Shown in pieces: positions 1 to 9,187 of a DNA stretch of 64,000 nucleotides (positions are counted from its first letter, which is position 1; every line of letters starts with the position of its first letter). Source of the DNA: Alloprevotella sp. (GTDB lineage: Bacteria; Actinomycetota; Coriobacteriia; Coriobacteriales; Atopobiaceae). Made by a program: the position numbers and the translations under genes. The stretch is from positions 35,312 to 99,311 of the forward strand of contig CAVJHQ010000001.1 in assembly GCA_963649365.1 (NCBI GenBank). Direction: 5' to 3'. The notes below the pieces were generated by a model, which was given only the letters and a program-made list of their open reading frames with translations, searched no databases and was not told the origin of the DNA.

Positions 1-395
1 CCGCGCGCGCCGAGGTGGCCGACCTGCTGCACCCCGGCGACCACGGCTCGACCTTCGGCGGCAACGCGCTCGCCGTCGCGGCCGCCCGCGCCACCGTGGA
101 CGAGCTGCGTGAGCAGGACATGGGCGAGCACGTCATCGCAGTGGGCAAGCACCTGCGCCACCGCCTGCAGGCCATGCCGCACGTGACCGAGGTCCGCGGC
201 CGCGGGCTTCTGCGCGGCGCCCAGCTCGACGTGCCCATCGCCAACGAGCTCGTGGACGAGGGCCTGGCCGCCGGCCTCGTTCTCAACCACATCGGCGACT
301 CCATCATCCGCTTCCTCCCGCCGCTGGTCATTACCCGCGAGCAGATCGACGAGGGCATGGACAAGCTCGAGGCGCTTATCAACAAGCTGGCGTAA
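1..395 (+). CDS. argD: Acetylornithine/class III aminotransferase, 3' part (runs off window start)
   Basis: HGSTFGGN, EVRGRGLL and IRFLPPL motifs of class III PLP aminotransferases; stop TAA at 393-395. Confidence 0.85.
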   Translation, partial: ARAEVADLLHPGDHGSTFGGNALAVAAARATVDELREQDMGEHVIAVGKHLRHRLQAMPHVTEVRGRGLLRGAQLDVPIANELVDEGLAAGLVLNHIGDSIIRFLPPLVITREQIDEGMDKLEALINKLA

Positions 396-435
396 GGCGC
401 GAAGAAGCGCGTTCTTGCTCCTGAGCCTACGAATT

Positions 436-468
436 GAGGGGCCCGGCTGGCTGCCGGGCCCTTCTTGC
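436..468 (+). terminator. Probable intrinsic terminator after argD
   Basis: Stem aggggcccggc/gccgggccctt followed by a T-containing tail. Confidence 0.6.
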
Positions 469-497
469 TCGGAAATATGTTCCCGTCTTCATGCCCG

Positions 498-549
498 ACA
501 AGACAGGCGCGCCGGTACGTTTTCGGACGTACCGGCGCGCCTGTCTTGT
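498..549. repeat. Perfect 23-bp inverted repeat with 6-nt loop
   Basis: acaagacaggcgcgccggtacgt (498-520), loop tttcgg, acgtaccggcgcgcctgtcttgt (527-549). Confidence 0.9.
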
Positions 550-852
550 TGTGCCGATGCCGGGTGTCCGTTGGCGGAAGTCTGACTGCGAAGCGGTTTG
601 TGTTGACTCTGTGGAGAAGTGCCTGACGTGGACATCGGGCTCCGGCGCTGCGCTTCCTTGGCCCCGCGCCTTATCTACTTCGCTGCCTTCGACGTCACGT
701 CCCGCTGTCGGCTTGGCGGTCGCTGCGCGTCGGGGTCCCGTCGGCCAAGCGTCGGCGTTCCGGAAGTTTGGGCTGCTACCCTCATGGGCCTACGCGTCGG
801 CTGTCCAGCGGCGGCGCGCCTTATGGGAAACCCGGCCGGAGAGGGGGCTCGG

Positions 853-1788
853 ATGCATCGCGTGGCAGGGAGCTCTTTCGTCGGGGCGCGCAAGAGCGTG
901 AACCAGGACGCGTACTGCGCGCTCTGTGCCCGCACGCCCTTCGGCGACGCCGCCCTCGTCGCCGTGTGCGACGGCGTCGGCGGCCTCTCGAGCGGCGAGC
1001 TCGCGAGCTCGGTGGCCGTCCGCGAGCTCTCGCGCTGGTTCGAGCAGGACTTCGCGGGAATCGTCGCCGGCCCCGGCGCCGGCCGCCCAGGCATCGCGGC
1101 GTGCCCCGTGCCGCGCGCAGACGCCTGGGTGGCCGTCGCGCAGGCGTCCTTGGAAAGCCTCGTCGGGGACCTCAACTCACGGATGCGCCGCTACGGCAGC
1201 GAGCTCAACGTGAGGCTCGGAACCACCTTGACGGCGCTCGTCGTCCACCGGGGGCGTTTTCTGGTCGCGCATGTGGGGGACTGCCGCGCCTACCGCTTGG
1301 GCGAGGAGGGCGCGGCGCAGCTCACGCGCGACCAGACGCTCATCCAGGCGGAGGTCGACGCGGGGCGCATCGGCGCCCGGGAGGCCCTGACGCACCCAAA
1401 GGGCTCGGCGATCCTGCAGGCCGTGGGGGCATGCGACGCGGTGACCCCGGCGTTCACGCAGGGCACATGCCGCGCCGGCGAGCTCTTCCTCGTGTGCTCC
1501 GACGGCCTCTACCGCAGGCAGGGCGAGAGGGGAATCGAGGAGGCGCTCGCGCGCGCCGGCGACGCGGAGGACGAGCTTCTCGACGCGCTGGGCGACCTCA
1601 CGGCGGCCGCGCTCGACGCGGGCGAGGGCGACAACATCACCGGGGTGCTCCTGCGTGTCGAGGGGCCTCTGCCGGACGCGCTGCCCGCAGGGGTCTGCTC
1701 GGCATCCTCCGCCGCGCCGCAGGCGGGGCAAGCGCCTGCCCTTCTCGCCGACGACGAGCCTACCCTTGCCTTGGGCGGGGGCGAGTAG
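853..1788 (+). CDS. PP2C/PPM-family protein Ser/Thr phosphatase
   Basis: RKSVNQDA, VCDGVGG, GTT, HVGDCR, CSDGL and DNIT motifs; ATG at 853 after a GAGGGGG RBS (ORF-track start 619 is too far upstream). Confidence 0.92.
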   Translation: MHRVAGSSFVGARKSVNQDAYCALCARTPFGDAALVAVCDGVGGLSSGELASSVAVRELSRWFEQDFAGIVAGPGAGRPGIAACPVPRADAWVAVAQASLESLVGDLNSRMRRYGSELNVRLGTTLTALVVHRGRFLVAHVGDCRAYRLGEEGAAQLTRDQTLIQAEVDAGRIGAREALTHPKGSAILQAVGACDAVTPAFTQGTCRAGELFLVCSDGLYRRQGERGIEEALARAGDAEDELLDALGDLTAAALDAGEGDNITGVLLRVEGPLPDALPAGVCSASSAAPQAGQAPALLADDEPTLALGGGE

Positions 1789-1789
1789 C

Positions 1790-3580
1790 GTGGCGGGCAT
1801 CGGCGAGCTCGTCGACGACAAGTACGAGATCCTCTCGCTCGTGGGCGAGGGCGGCATGTCGCGCGTCTACCTGGCCCGCGACCGGCGACTGAACAAGCTA
1901 TGGGCCGTCAAGGAGATCAACCGCGCGGCTGACGGCCCGGGCGGGGCGGTCGTGTCGCAGAGCCTCGTGGCGGAGGCGAACCTGCTCAAGCGTCTCGACC
2001 ACCCGATGCTCCCGCGGGTCGTGGACATCGTCGAGGACGACCGCACCGTTCTCGTCGTCATGGACTACGTGGAGGGCAAATCGTTGAGGCGGGTCCTTCT
2101 CGAGACGGGCCGGCCGATGGATGAGCGCGCCGTCATCGACGTGGGCGCGCAGCTCTGCGACGTCCTCGGGTACCTGCACACAAGGAACCCGCCGATCATC
2201 TACAGGGACATGAAGCCCGGCAACGTCATGCTGCGCGAGGACGGCGCGGTCAAGCTCATAGACTTCGGTATAGCGCGCGAGTACAAGGAGGCCGCCCTCG
2301 CGGACACGAGCATCCTCGGCACGCGCGGCTACGCGGCGCCCGAGCAGTTCGCCCGCGGCGCTCAGACGGACGCCCGCTCCGACGTCTATTCGCTCGGCGT
2401 CACGCTCTATGCGCTCGCGACGGGCCGCTCGCCGGCCGACGAGGCGTTCCTCAGGCCGCTTCGAGAGGTCGACCCGAGGCTTTCGGAGGGACTCGAGATC
2501 ATCGTAGCCAAGGCCACGCGGGCAAACCCGGGCGAGCGCTACCAGAGCTGCGCCCAGATGCGCCATGACCTCCTGAACCACGAGAAGCTCACCGAGGGAT
2601 ATCGGCAGGGGCTGAGGCGCAGGCTCAGGCGCTTCAACCTGCTGCGAGGTCTCGCTGCGGCGCTCGGCGCGGCGGCCGTCGCGTGCCTCGTCTCGTCGTT
2701 CGCGCTCAAGCGCGCCACCTACGAGGCCAGGCTCGCCGACGCGCGGGCCGCGAGCGCCCTCGCGGAGGCGGACGGCATATCAGAGGCCGAGGAGAGGTGC
2801 ATGCTCGCCGTCGAGGCCGACCCGGCGAGGCCGGAGGCGTATGCCGAGCTCGTCGGCAACGTGTACAAGGCGGACCAGCGCTTCTCGATGGAGGAGTCCG
2901 CGCGCCTCCAGGCGCTCATGGACCGGCGCCGGGCGAGCATCCAGCGATCGCCGGGCTACGCGAAGCTCTGCTACGACGTCGGCATCCTGTACTACGTCTA
3001 TTTCGAGCAGACGGGGGAGGGCGAGGAGCGGCCCTACGCCGCGAGCGCCGGCGCCCAGGCGGCCCAGTGGTTCGGGCTCGCCGCCGACGCCTACGACGAG
3101 CGCTCGGCGGCCGGCGCGGCCTGCGCGCTCACGCCTTCGGAGAGAAGGTCGGCCGAGGCCTACGCGGTCATCGGGGAGTTCTACCGCAGGCTGGCGCAGG
3201 CGACGCTCGAGGGTAGCGAGGGGCTGGTCTACGAAGAGTACTGGGGCTCGCTCGTGGACGCGCTCCGGGGCCTGTCCGACGACGATCCCGTGATGGTGCG
3301 CCTGCGGCTCTGCTCGCTCATCCAGGCCGCGGTCTCGTCGCCGACCCATCTCGGCGGTTTCCGCCGGGCGGGCGTGGGGCGCGAGGCCGCCGAGGGGCTC
3401 CTCGCGGAGGCGGTCGGCGCGGCGCGCTCGCTTGCCGACGAGGCCGCGCCCAGCGAGAGGGCCCGCGCGCTCTGCGCCTCGGTCGTCTCGGGCGAGGCGC
3501 AGGCCACGGCCAACATAGAGGCGGTCTACGGCGGCGCCGGGGCGCGGGCATGGGCTACCGAAACCGGTGACGCGCCGTGA
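1790..3580 (+). CDS. Hanks-type Ser/Thr protein kinase with one TM helix and a helical C-terminal domain
   Basis: GEGGMSRVY, AVKE, YRDMKPGN, DFG, GTRGYAAPEQ, DVYSLG; hydrophobic stretch GLAAALGAAAVACLVSSFAL; GTG 1 nt after the PP2C stop. Confidence 0.93.
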   Translation: MAGIGELVDDKYEILSLVGEGGMSRVYLARDRRLNKLWAVKEINRAADGPGGAVVSQSLVAEANLLKRLDHPMLPRVVDIVEDDRTVLVVMDYVEGKSLRRVLLETGRPMDERAVIDVGAQLCDVLGYLHTRNPPIIYRDMKPGNVMLREDGAVKLIDFGIAREYKEAALADTSILGTRGYAAPEQFARGAQTDARSDVYSLGVTLYALATGRSPADEAFLRPLREVDPRLSEGLEIIVAKATRANPGERYQSCAQMRHDLLNHEKLTEGYRQGLRRRLRRFNLLRGLAAALGAAAVACLVSSFALKRATYEARLADARAASALAEADGISEAEERCMLAVEADPARPEAYAELVGNVYKADQRFSMEESARLQALMDRRRASIQRSPGYAKLCYDVGILYYVYFEQTGEGEERPYAASAGAQAAQWFGLAADAYDERSAAGAACALTPSERRSAEAYAVIGEFYRRLAQATLEGSEGLVYEEYWGSLVDALRGLSDDDPVMVRLRLCSLIQAAVSSPTHLGGFRRAGVGREAAEGLLAEAVGAARSLADEAAPSERARALCASVVSGEAQATANIEAVYGGAGARAWATETGDAP

Positions 3581-3972
3581 GCGGCCCGGAGGTCCTCAAG
3601 GCCGCGGGCATCGCCTTGGCGACGCTCGCGGGCGTCTGCGCGGCCCTCTCGGCGCGGGCCTACCGTCTGCTGGACATACGGGGCGTGCGCGCGGACCTCG
3701 CCGGGTGTGGCAAGACCCGCGCGGATGCGAGCGCCTGCGCGGCGAGAACGGCCTCTTGGAATCCGCGCCGTCCCCTGCGTGCCGTGGAGCCGGAGGCGGG
3801 GCGCAGGCGCGGGGAGGCCGGCCCCAACACGGGGCCGCGGGCAGCCGACGGGCCGACTTCGGAAGCGACGTCCGCCGCCGGCGGGGGCGGCCCCGCATGT
3901 TTCGTCGTCATGCACAAAGAGATCGTCGCGAGCCGCGCCGATGGTTTGGAGGTCAAGCGCCATGGGAACTAG
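3577..3972 (+). CDS. Small hypothetical membrane protein
   Basis: GTGA overlap with the kinase stop; N-terminal hydrophobic helix; fills the operon gap. Confidence 0.65.
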   Translation: MSGPEVLKAAGIALATLAGVCAALSARAYRLLDIRGVRADLAGCGKTRADASACAARTASWNPRRPLRAVEPEAGRRRGEAGPNTGPRAADGPTSEATSAAGGGGPACFVVMHKEIVASRADGLEVKRHGN

Positions 3973-6900
3973 GAGAGACCGGAATCACGATGCCCGCGCC
4001 GCGTGCGCACGGGCGCTTCTTGCCGCCGCGCTCCTCGCGCTGGCATGCGCCGCCGTGCCGGTCCTCGCGTCGCCGGCCTCGGCGCCCGGCGACGCAGGGG
4101 GCTTCGCCGGGGAGGCCGCTGACAGCCGGGGGAGCGGCGGTCAGCCGCCGTTCGCCCCCGTGATAACGTTCGACTACGGCCCCGACGATCCCGAGCCGAG
4201 CAACGGCCGCTATTACGCGGCGGCCCGGTCCGTGACCATCGAGGCCGTGGCCGACGGGTTCGACGAGGAACGCGCCCGTATCGAGACGACGGGGACCGTC
4301 CGGAAGGGCGAAGGCGGCTCTGAGTGGGCGAAGGAGGGCTCGCGCTTCCTCGCCACGGTTACGTTTCCCGACGACGGCCGGCACTCGCTGCGCGTCTCGG
4401 TGCGCGACGCCGCGGGCCACGAGGTCTTCAAGATGGACTCCTTCGTCATCGACGCCACGCCCCCGGAGATGACGGTCGCCTTCGGGGACGATGCCCGGGC
4501 AGGGTCGTGCCTTGCCCAGGAGCGCACCGCGGTCGTCACGGTGCGCGACGCGAGCTTCGACGAGCGCCTCGTGCAGGTCTCGGACAGCGGGGACGAGGGC
4601 TCGGTCTCCGAGGTCAGGTGGACCGCCGACGGCAAAGACGGGCACAAGGGCACCATTACCTTCAAGAACTCGGCCGCGGCGCATCGGTTGGTCGTCGAGG
4701 CGACGGACCTCGCGGGCAACCGCGCCCGCATCCTCGACGGGCAGGGGAGGGAATCGTCGCGCTACGACTCCGGCGGGTTCTACGTGGACACCGTCGACCC
4801 ATCGGTGGAGATAACCCAGGATATGCCCCCGACCAACGTCCACGACGGCGTCGAGTACTTCAACGAGGGGGTCACGGTGAGCATCGCCGTCGTGGACGAC
4901 CACCTGGACCCGGAGTCCTCGCGGGTCGAGCTCGCGGGAGGCTGCTCCCAGACGGAGTGGGAGCGCGACGAGGCCGACGCGCGCCGATGGGTAAAGAAGG
5001 TCTCCTTTGCCGAGGGCGGCGGCAACCGCGTGGATGTCGTGGCCGTCGACAAGGCGGGGAGAACGGCACGCTCGGGCTGCTCGTACGGCCCGTTTACCGT
5101 TGACGCGACCGCGCCTGAGGTCACGGGCGCCCGCATGAGCGCCGACGCGGCGAACAGCTACCCGGACGGCTCCTGGTTCTACGCTCGCCCCGCGTCGCTC
5201 ATTGTGGACGTCTCCGACGAGGCCGGGCTCTGGTCCGTGGACGTCGTCGACGCCGGCGACGGGTTCTATGGCCGCAGCGTGCTCGCGCCCGACAAGGCCG
5301 TCGCGGGGCAGGCGAGAATGACGGCGACCGTAGAGCTCGCCGAGGGCCGCGCGCTCGACCGGGACGTCTATATCCGGGTCGTCGACCTCGCCAAGAACGA
5401 GCGGGTCTGGAGCCTCTCGCCGCGCGGCACGGCGCGCGTCGCCTCCGAGGCCGAGGTCGAGAACGTCTCGGTCCTTCCTGCGCAGGAGGCTCATCCCGAG
5501 GCGTTGGTGCTCGACCTCTCGGCCCCGGGCGTCGGGCTGTCGGGCGCCGAAGAGGGGGCGTATTACAACTCCGCCTGCGTCGTCTCGCTCACGGTGGACG
5601 AGCTTAACCTGCCGTTTCTTCTGGGGCACGACCCGGGACAGGCGGTCCTGAGCGTACATAAGCTCGCCGGGGATTCCGGGGGCGCCGCGTCCTCGTGGGG
5701 CCGCGCGGCGCGCGACCTCTCGATCGCGGGCCTGGACGCCCTGACGTTCGTGGATTCCCGGGGGAAACGCATCGCGTACAGCCGCTACGGCCTGGCCGAG
5801 ACGCTCTTCGAGGACGGGCATTACTCGGTCGAGGCCCGGGTGAGCGACCCGGCCGGCAATGTGGGCGCCGCGCGCATCGGGGAGTTCACCATCGACGCGA
5901 CGCCCCCGTCCGTGCAGGTGAGCTTCGACAACGAGGACGCCCGCAACGGAAAGTACTACCGGGCCCCGCGCACCGCGACCGTCAGCGTCGTCGAGCACAA
6001 CTTCGACGCTTCCCTCATCGACGTCGAGACGGACGGTGCGGTCGGCGCGTGGTCGGGCGACGGCGACGTACATACCCTCGAGGTCGTGTTCGCGGCCGAC
6101 GGCGCGCATCGCCTCCGCGTCGCCGGCAAGGACAAGGCGGGCAACGCCCTTGAGCCGTACGAGGCCGATGAGTTCGTGGTCGACCTTACGCCGCCGACCG
6201 TGGCGATAACCGGCGTGGAGGACTCCTGCGCCTACAACGGGGAGGCGGCGCCGCGGATCGACTTCGCCGACGAGGCGAACCTGGACGCGGACGGGGTTTC
6301 CTGGGAGGTCGTCGGCAGCAGGAACGGGGAGGTCTCTTGGCCGGGAGTGGTGGCCTCCGAGGGCCTCTCGGGGACGGCGCGCCTCGAGGACCTGGCCCAT
6401 GGGGAGGCCTCCGACGATATCTACACCTTGACGGCCCGCGCGGTCGACCTGGCCGGCAACGAGGCCGTGGCCGCGGTCACGTTCTCCGTCAACCGCTGCG
6501 GCTCGACGTTTCGCGTGGCCGACCCCGACGCGCTGGCGGAAAACGGCGGCTACCTTTCCGCGGCCCGGCCCGTCGCCTTCGAGGAGATCAACGTCTCGGG
6601 AGTGGCCATGGGGAACCATGCGGTCGTCGTCACCTGCGGGGCCGAGGTGAATGAGCTTCAGCTGACCGAGGGCCCGGGATCCACGGGCTACTCTGTCGAG
6701 GAAGGGACGTCGGGCGCCGACGGCACGCGCGGATGGAGCGTATGCCGCTACACCGTCGCCGCGGGCAACTTCGCGCGCGACGGCCGCTATCACGTGAGCG
6801 TCCGGTCCCGCGACCGCGCAGGCAACGTCAACTCGAGCTCGAGCTTCTTCGACAGGGAGAGCGGAGCCGAGTCCTCGGCGGAGGCCGAGTTCGTCCTCGA

Positions 6901-7321
6901 CACGGTCGGCCCCTCCATCCTGGGCCTGAGCATCGGCGACGGCGACGTCATCGAGGCCGGCGAGTACCGGGGGACCTTCAAGGTCGTGGACAACATCGGC
7001 GTCCGCAGCGTCGAGGTCCTCGTCGACGGACGTGAGGCGGACGCCGTCGACGACGGGTACGGGAACTACTCCTTCCGCGTCGAGGCGAGGCCGCGCGCCG
7101 AGCGCGAGCTCGCCGTCGTGGCCACCGACCTCGCCGGTCACGTCTCGCGGGCGGAGGCGAAGGGCTTCCGCGTGACCACCGACGTCCTCGAGCTCCACTT
7201 CGGGCAGGTGGCCGCCATCGCCGCCGCCCTTCTTGCCGCCGCCCTTCTCGCCGCCGCCCTCGTTCTGGCCCGCAGACGGCGAGAAGGGGCCCGCGCGCCC
7301 GCATCGCGGGGGCGCCCCTGA
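3962..7321 (+). CDS. Large surface protein with tandem bacterial Ig-like repeats, signal peptide and C-terminal membrane anchor
   Basis: ATG 3962 after GGAGG; signal peptide ending ASPASA; about nine D-x-A-G-N/H-type motifs usually followed by D-x-T-x-P; C-terminal AAIAAALLAAALLAAALVLA-RRRR. Confidence 0.85.
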   Translation: MGTRRDRNHDARAACARALLAAALLALACAAVPVLASPASAPGDAGGFAGEAADSRGSGGQPPFAPVITFDYGPDDPEPSNGRYYAAARSVTIEAVADGFDEERARIETTGTVRKGEGGSEWAKEGSRFLATVTFPDDGRHSLRVSVRDAAGHEVFKMDSFVIDATPPEMTVAFGDDARAGSCLAQERTAVVTVRDASFDERLVQVSDSGDEGSVSEVRWTADGKDGHKGTITFKNSAAAHRLVVEATDLAGNRARILDGQGRESSRYDSGGFYVDTVDPSVEITQDMPPTNVHDGVEYFNEGVTVSIAVVDDHLDPESSRVELAGGCSQTEWERDEADARRWVKKVSFAEGGGNRVDVVAVDKAGRTARSGCSYGPFTVDATAPEVTGARMSADAANSYPDGSWFYARPASLIVDVSDEAGLWSVDVVDAGDGFYGRSVLAPDKAVAGQARMTATVELAEGRALDRDVYIRVVDLAKNERVWSLSPRGTARVASEAEVENVSVLPAQEAHPEALVLDLSAPGVGLSGAEEGAYYNSACVVSLTVDELNLPFLLGHDPGQAVLSVHKLAGDSGGAASSWGRAARDLSIAGLDALTFVDSRGKRIAYSRYGLAETLFEDGHYSVEARVSDPAGNVGAARIGEFTIDATPPSVQVSFDNEDARNGKYYRAPRTATVSVVEHNFDASLIDVETDGAVGAWSGDGDVHTLEVVFAADGAHRLRVAGKDKAGNALEPYEADEFVVDLTPPTVAITGVEDSCAYNGEAAPRIDFADEANLDADGVSWEVVGSRNGEVSWPGVVASEGLSGTARLEDLAHGEASDDIYTLTARAVDLAGNEAVAAVTFSVNRCGSTFRVADPDALAENGGYLSAARPVAFEEINVSGVAMGNHAVVVTCGAEVNELQLTEGPGSTGYSVEEGTSGADGTRGWSVCRYTVAAGNFARDGRYHVSVRSRDRAGNVNSSSSFFDRESGAESSAEAEFVLDTVGPSILGLSIGDGDVIEAGEYRGTFKVVDNIGVRSVEVLVDGREADAVDDGYGNYSFRVEARPRAERELAVVATDLAGHVSRAEAKGFRVTTDVLELHFGQVAAIAAALLAAALLAAALVLARRRREGARAPASRGRP

Positions 7322-7393
7322 GTTTTGTGGCGATGTCCGAATACCATCCAAGTATGGTGGTCTGCCCGACGCGCTTGCTCGACCCTTTTCCTC

Positions 7394-7654
7394 ATGCCGA
7401 AGAGAAGGAACATAACCGACGCGGAGATCGAGCTCTCGCTCAAGCTCGGGGCCCGCCTGAGGGATCTGCGCTGCGAGTGCGGGCTCACGCAGGAGGAGGT
7501 CGCCTCGCGCGCGGGCATCGCTACTTTCACGTACCAGAAGTACGAGAAGGGCGAGAGCCGCCCCGGCACCCCGATGAACCCGGAGCTCTACACGCTCAAC
7601 GCCCTGAGCGACGTCTTCGACGTGGAGCTCTCGGCGCTCCTCGACTTCAGGTAA
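7394..7654 (+). CDS. XRE-family helix-turn-helix transcriptional regulator
   Basis: LGARLRDLR..GLTQEEVA..AGI..YQKYEKG HTH_3 pattern; start codon uncertain. Confidence 0.85.
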   Translation: MPKRRNITDAEIELSLKLGARLRDLRCECGLTQEEVASRAGIATFTYQKYEKGESRPGTPMNPELYTLNALSDVFDVELSALLDFR

Positions 7655-7683
7655 GGGCGCGGCCGCCCCTTGTCCGGGACGAG

Positions 7684-7727
7684 AAAACGGGGCCGCGGCC
7701 GGGAATGACCCGGGCCGCGGCCCCGTT
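7684..7727. terminator. Hairpin between convergent genes (probable terminator, best for the minus strand)
   Basis: aacggggccgcggcc/ggccgcggccccgtt stem with an A-run on the left. Confidence 0.7.
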
Positions 7728-7749
7728 GCCCTTACTTTGCGCTTCTTGC

Positions 7750-8979
7750 TTAGGCGTCCGCCTGGTCGGGGACCTTGAGCATGACGAGGAAGCCGACGAC
7801 GAAGAGGATGGCGATGCTCATCACGCCCAGGCTCGAGTTGTCGGTGAGGGCGGTGAAGGTGCCCACCAGGAACGTGCCGAGGATGGCGGCGTACTTGCCG
7901 AAGATGTCGAAGAAACCGAAGTACTCGTTGGAGCGCTCCTTGGGGCAGAGCTTGCCGAACTCGGAGCGCGAGAGCGCCTGGATGCCGCCCTGGAACATGC
8001 CGACCATGATGGCGAGGATCCAGAACTCGGTGGCGGTGCGCAGGAACAGCGCCGCGAAGAGCGTGATGCCGAAGTAGGCCGCGATGGCGATGAGCAGCAT
8101 CCTGCGCGTGCCGTGCTTGGCGGAGAGGCGCCCGTAGATGATGGCCGACGGGAAGGCGACGAACTGCGTGACGAGAAGCGCCAGCACGAGCTGCGCGGAG
8201 TCGATGCCGAGGTCGGTGCCGTAGCTCGTCGAGAGCTTGATGATGGTGTGGACGCCGTCGATGTAGAAGAAGTAGGCGATCATGTAGTACTTGATGGCCT
8301 TGTTCGCCCACATCTCCTTGAGCGTGGCGCCGATGCCGGTGACGGCCTTCCTGATGGCGTGCTTCTCGCGGGGCTTGAAGTGGCGCTGCTGGATGTGGCG
8401 CAGCATCGGGATGGTGAACGCGAGCCACCAGCCGGCGGTGATGACGAAGGCGATCTGCATGGCGTTCTGCAGGCTGATGCCGAGCTTGTCGTAGTTGAGC
8501 ACCACGAGCAGGCAGGCGATGAAGGGCACGCAGCTGCCGATGTATCCCCAGGCGTAGCCCAGGCTCGAGATCTCGTCCATGCGCTCGTCCGTGGTGGTGT
8601 CGACGAGCAGCGCGTCGTAGAAGACCATGGAGGAGTTGAGGGCGACCGAGCTGATCACGTAGATGACGAGGAAGGCCGTCGCGCTCGTGGGGATGCCGAG
8701 GGCGACCGTGGCCACCACGCCCGTGCCGACGCAGCCCGCGATGAACTTCTTCTTCATGCCCTCCATGTCGGCGATGGAGCCGAGGATGGGCATGAGCAGC
8801 GCGATGATGAGCGAGGCCACGGTCTCGGCGTAGCTCCAGGCCACGACGGTGTCCCCGTCCGGCGAAAGCGAGCTGAAGTAGATGGGGATCACGCTGGTGG
8901 CGAGAAGGACGAGGGCGGAGTTGCCCACGTCGTACATGATCCAGGTCCGCTCGGCATGGGTTACTTTGTGTCGGGGCAT
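7750..8979 (-). CDS. MFS transporter (UMF1/ATG22-like family)
   Basis: WIMYDVGNSA N-terminus, about 12 hydrophobic segments, QALSRS and EYFGFF motifs; ATG at 8979 with GGAG RBS. Confidence 0.88.
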   Translation of the reverse strand: MPRHKVTHAERTWIMYDVGNSALVLLATSVIPIYFSSLSPDGDTVVAWSYAETVASLIIALLMPILGSIADMEGMKKKFIAGCVGTGVVATVALGIPTSATAFLVIYVISSVALNSSMVFYDALLVDTTTDERMDEISSLGYAWGYIGSCVPFIACLLVVLNYDKLGISLQNAMQIAFVITAGWWLAFTIPMLRHIQQRHFKPREKHAIRKAVTGIGATLKEMWANKAIKYYMIAYFFYIDGVHTIIKLSTSYGTDLGIDSAQLVLALLVTQFVAFPSAIIYGRLSAKHGTRRMLLIAIAAYFGITLFAALFLRTATEFWILAIMVGMFQGGIQALSRSEFGKLCPKERSNEYFGFFDIFGKYAAILGTFLVGTFTALTDNSSLGVMSIAILFVVGFLVMLKVPDQADA

Positions 8980-9187
8980 CGCATCTCCGTATCTTCCAAG
9001 AAGGCCCGTCTCTGTTTCCGGGCAATAATAAGCCAACGTTACCCCTGCGCGCCGCGCCCGCGCGCCCAATCGCCGTAAGGGTTGGGTAAACGCCCGCAAA
9101 TGGCGAGGATTCGCCCCGAGCCTCCGCCGCCGGCGCCGCCCGCTGGGGCATAATCGGATGCAGCACATCCGTCGAAGGGACCCCACG

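Noticed and set aside
619..852. N-terminal extension of the PP2C ORF
   Set aside because: No domain similarity; the RBS and the PP2C fold begin at ATG 853
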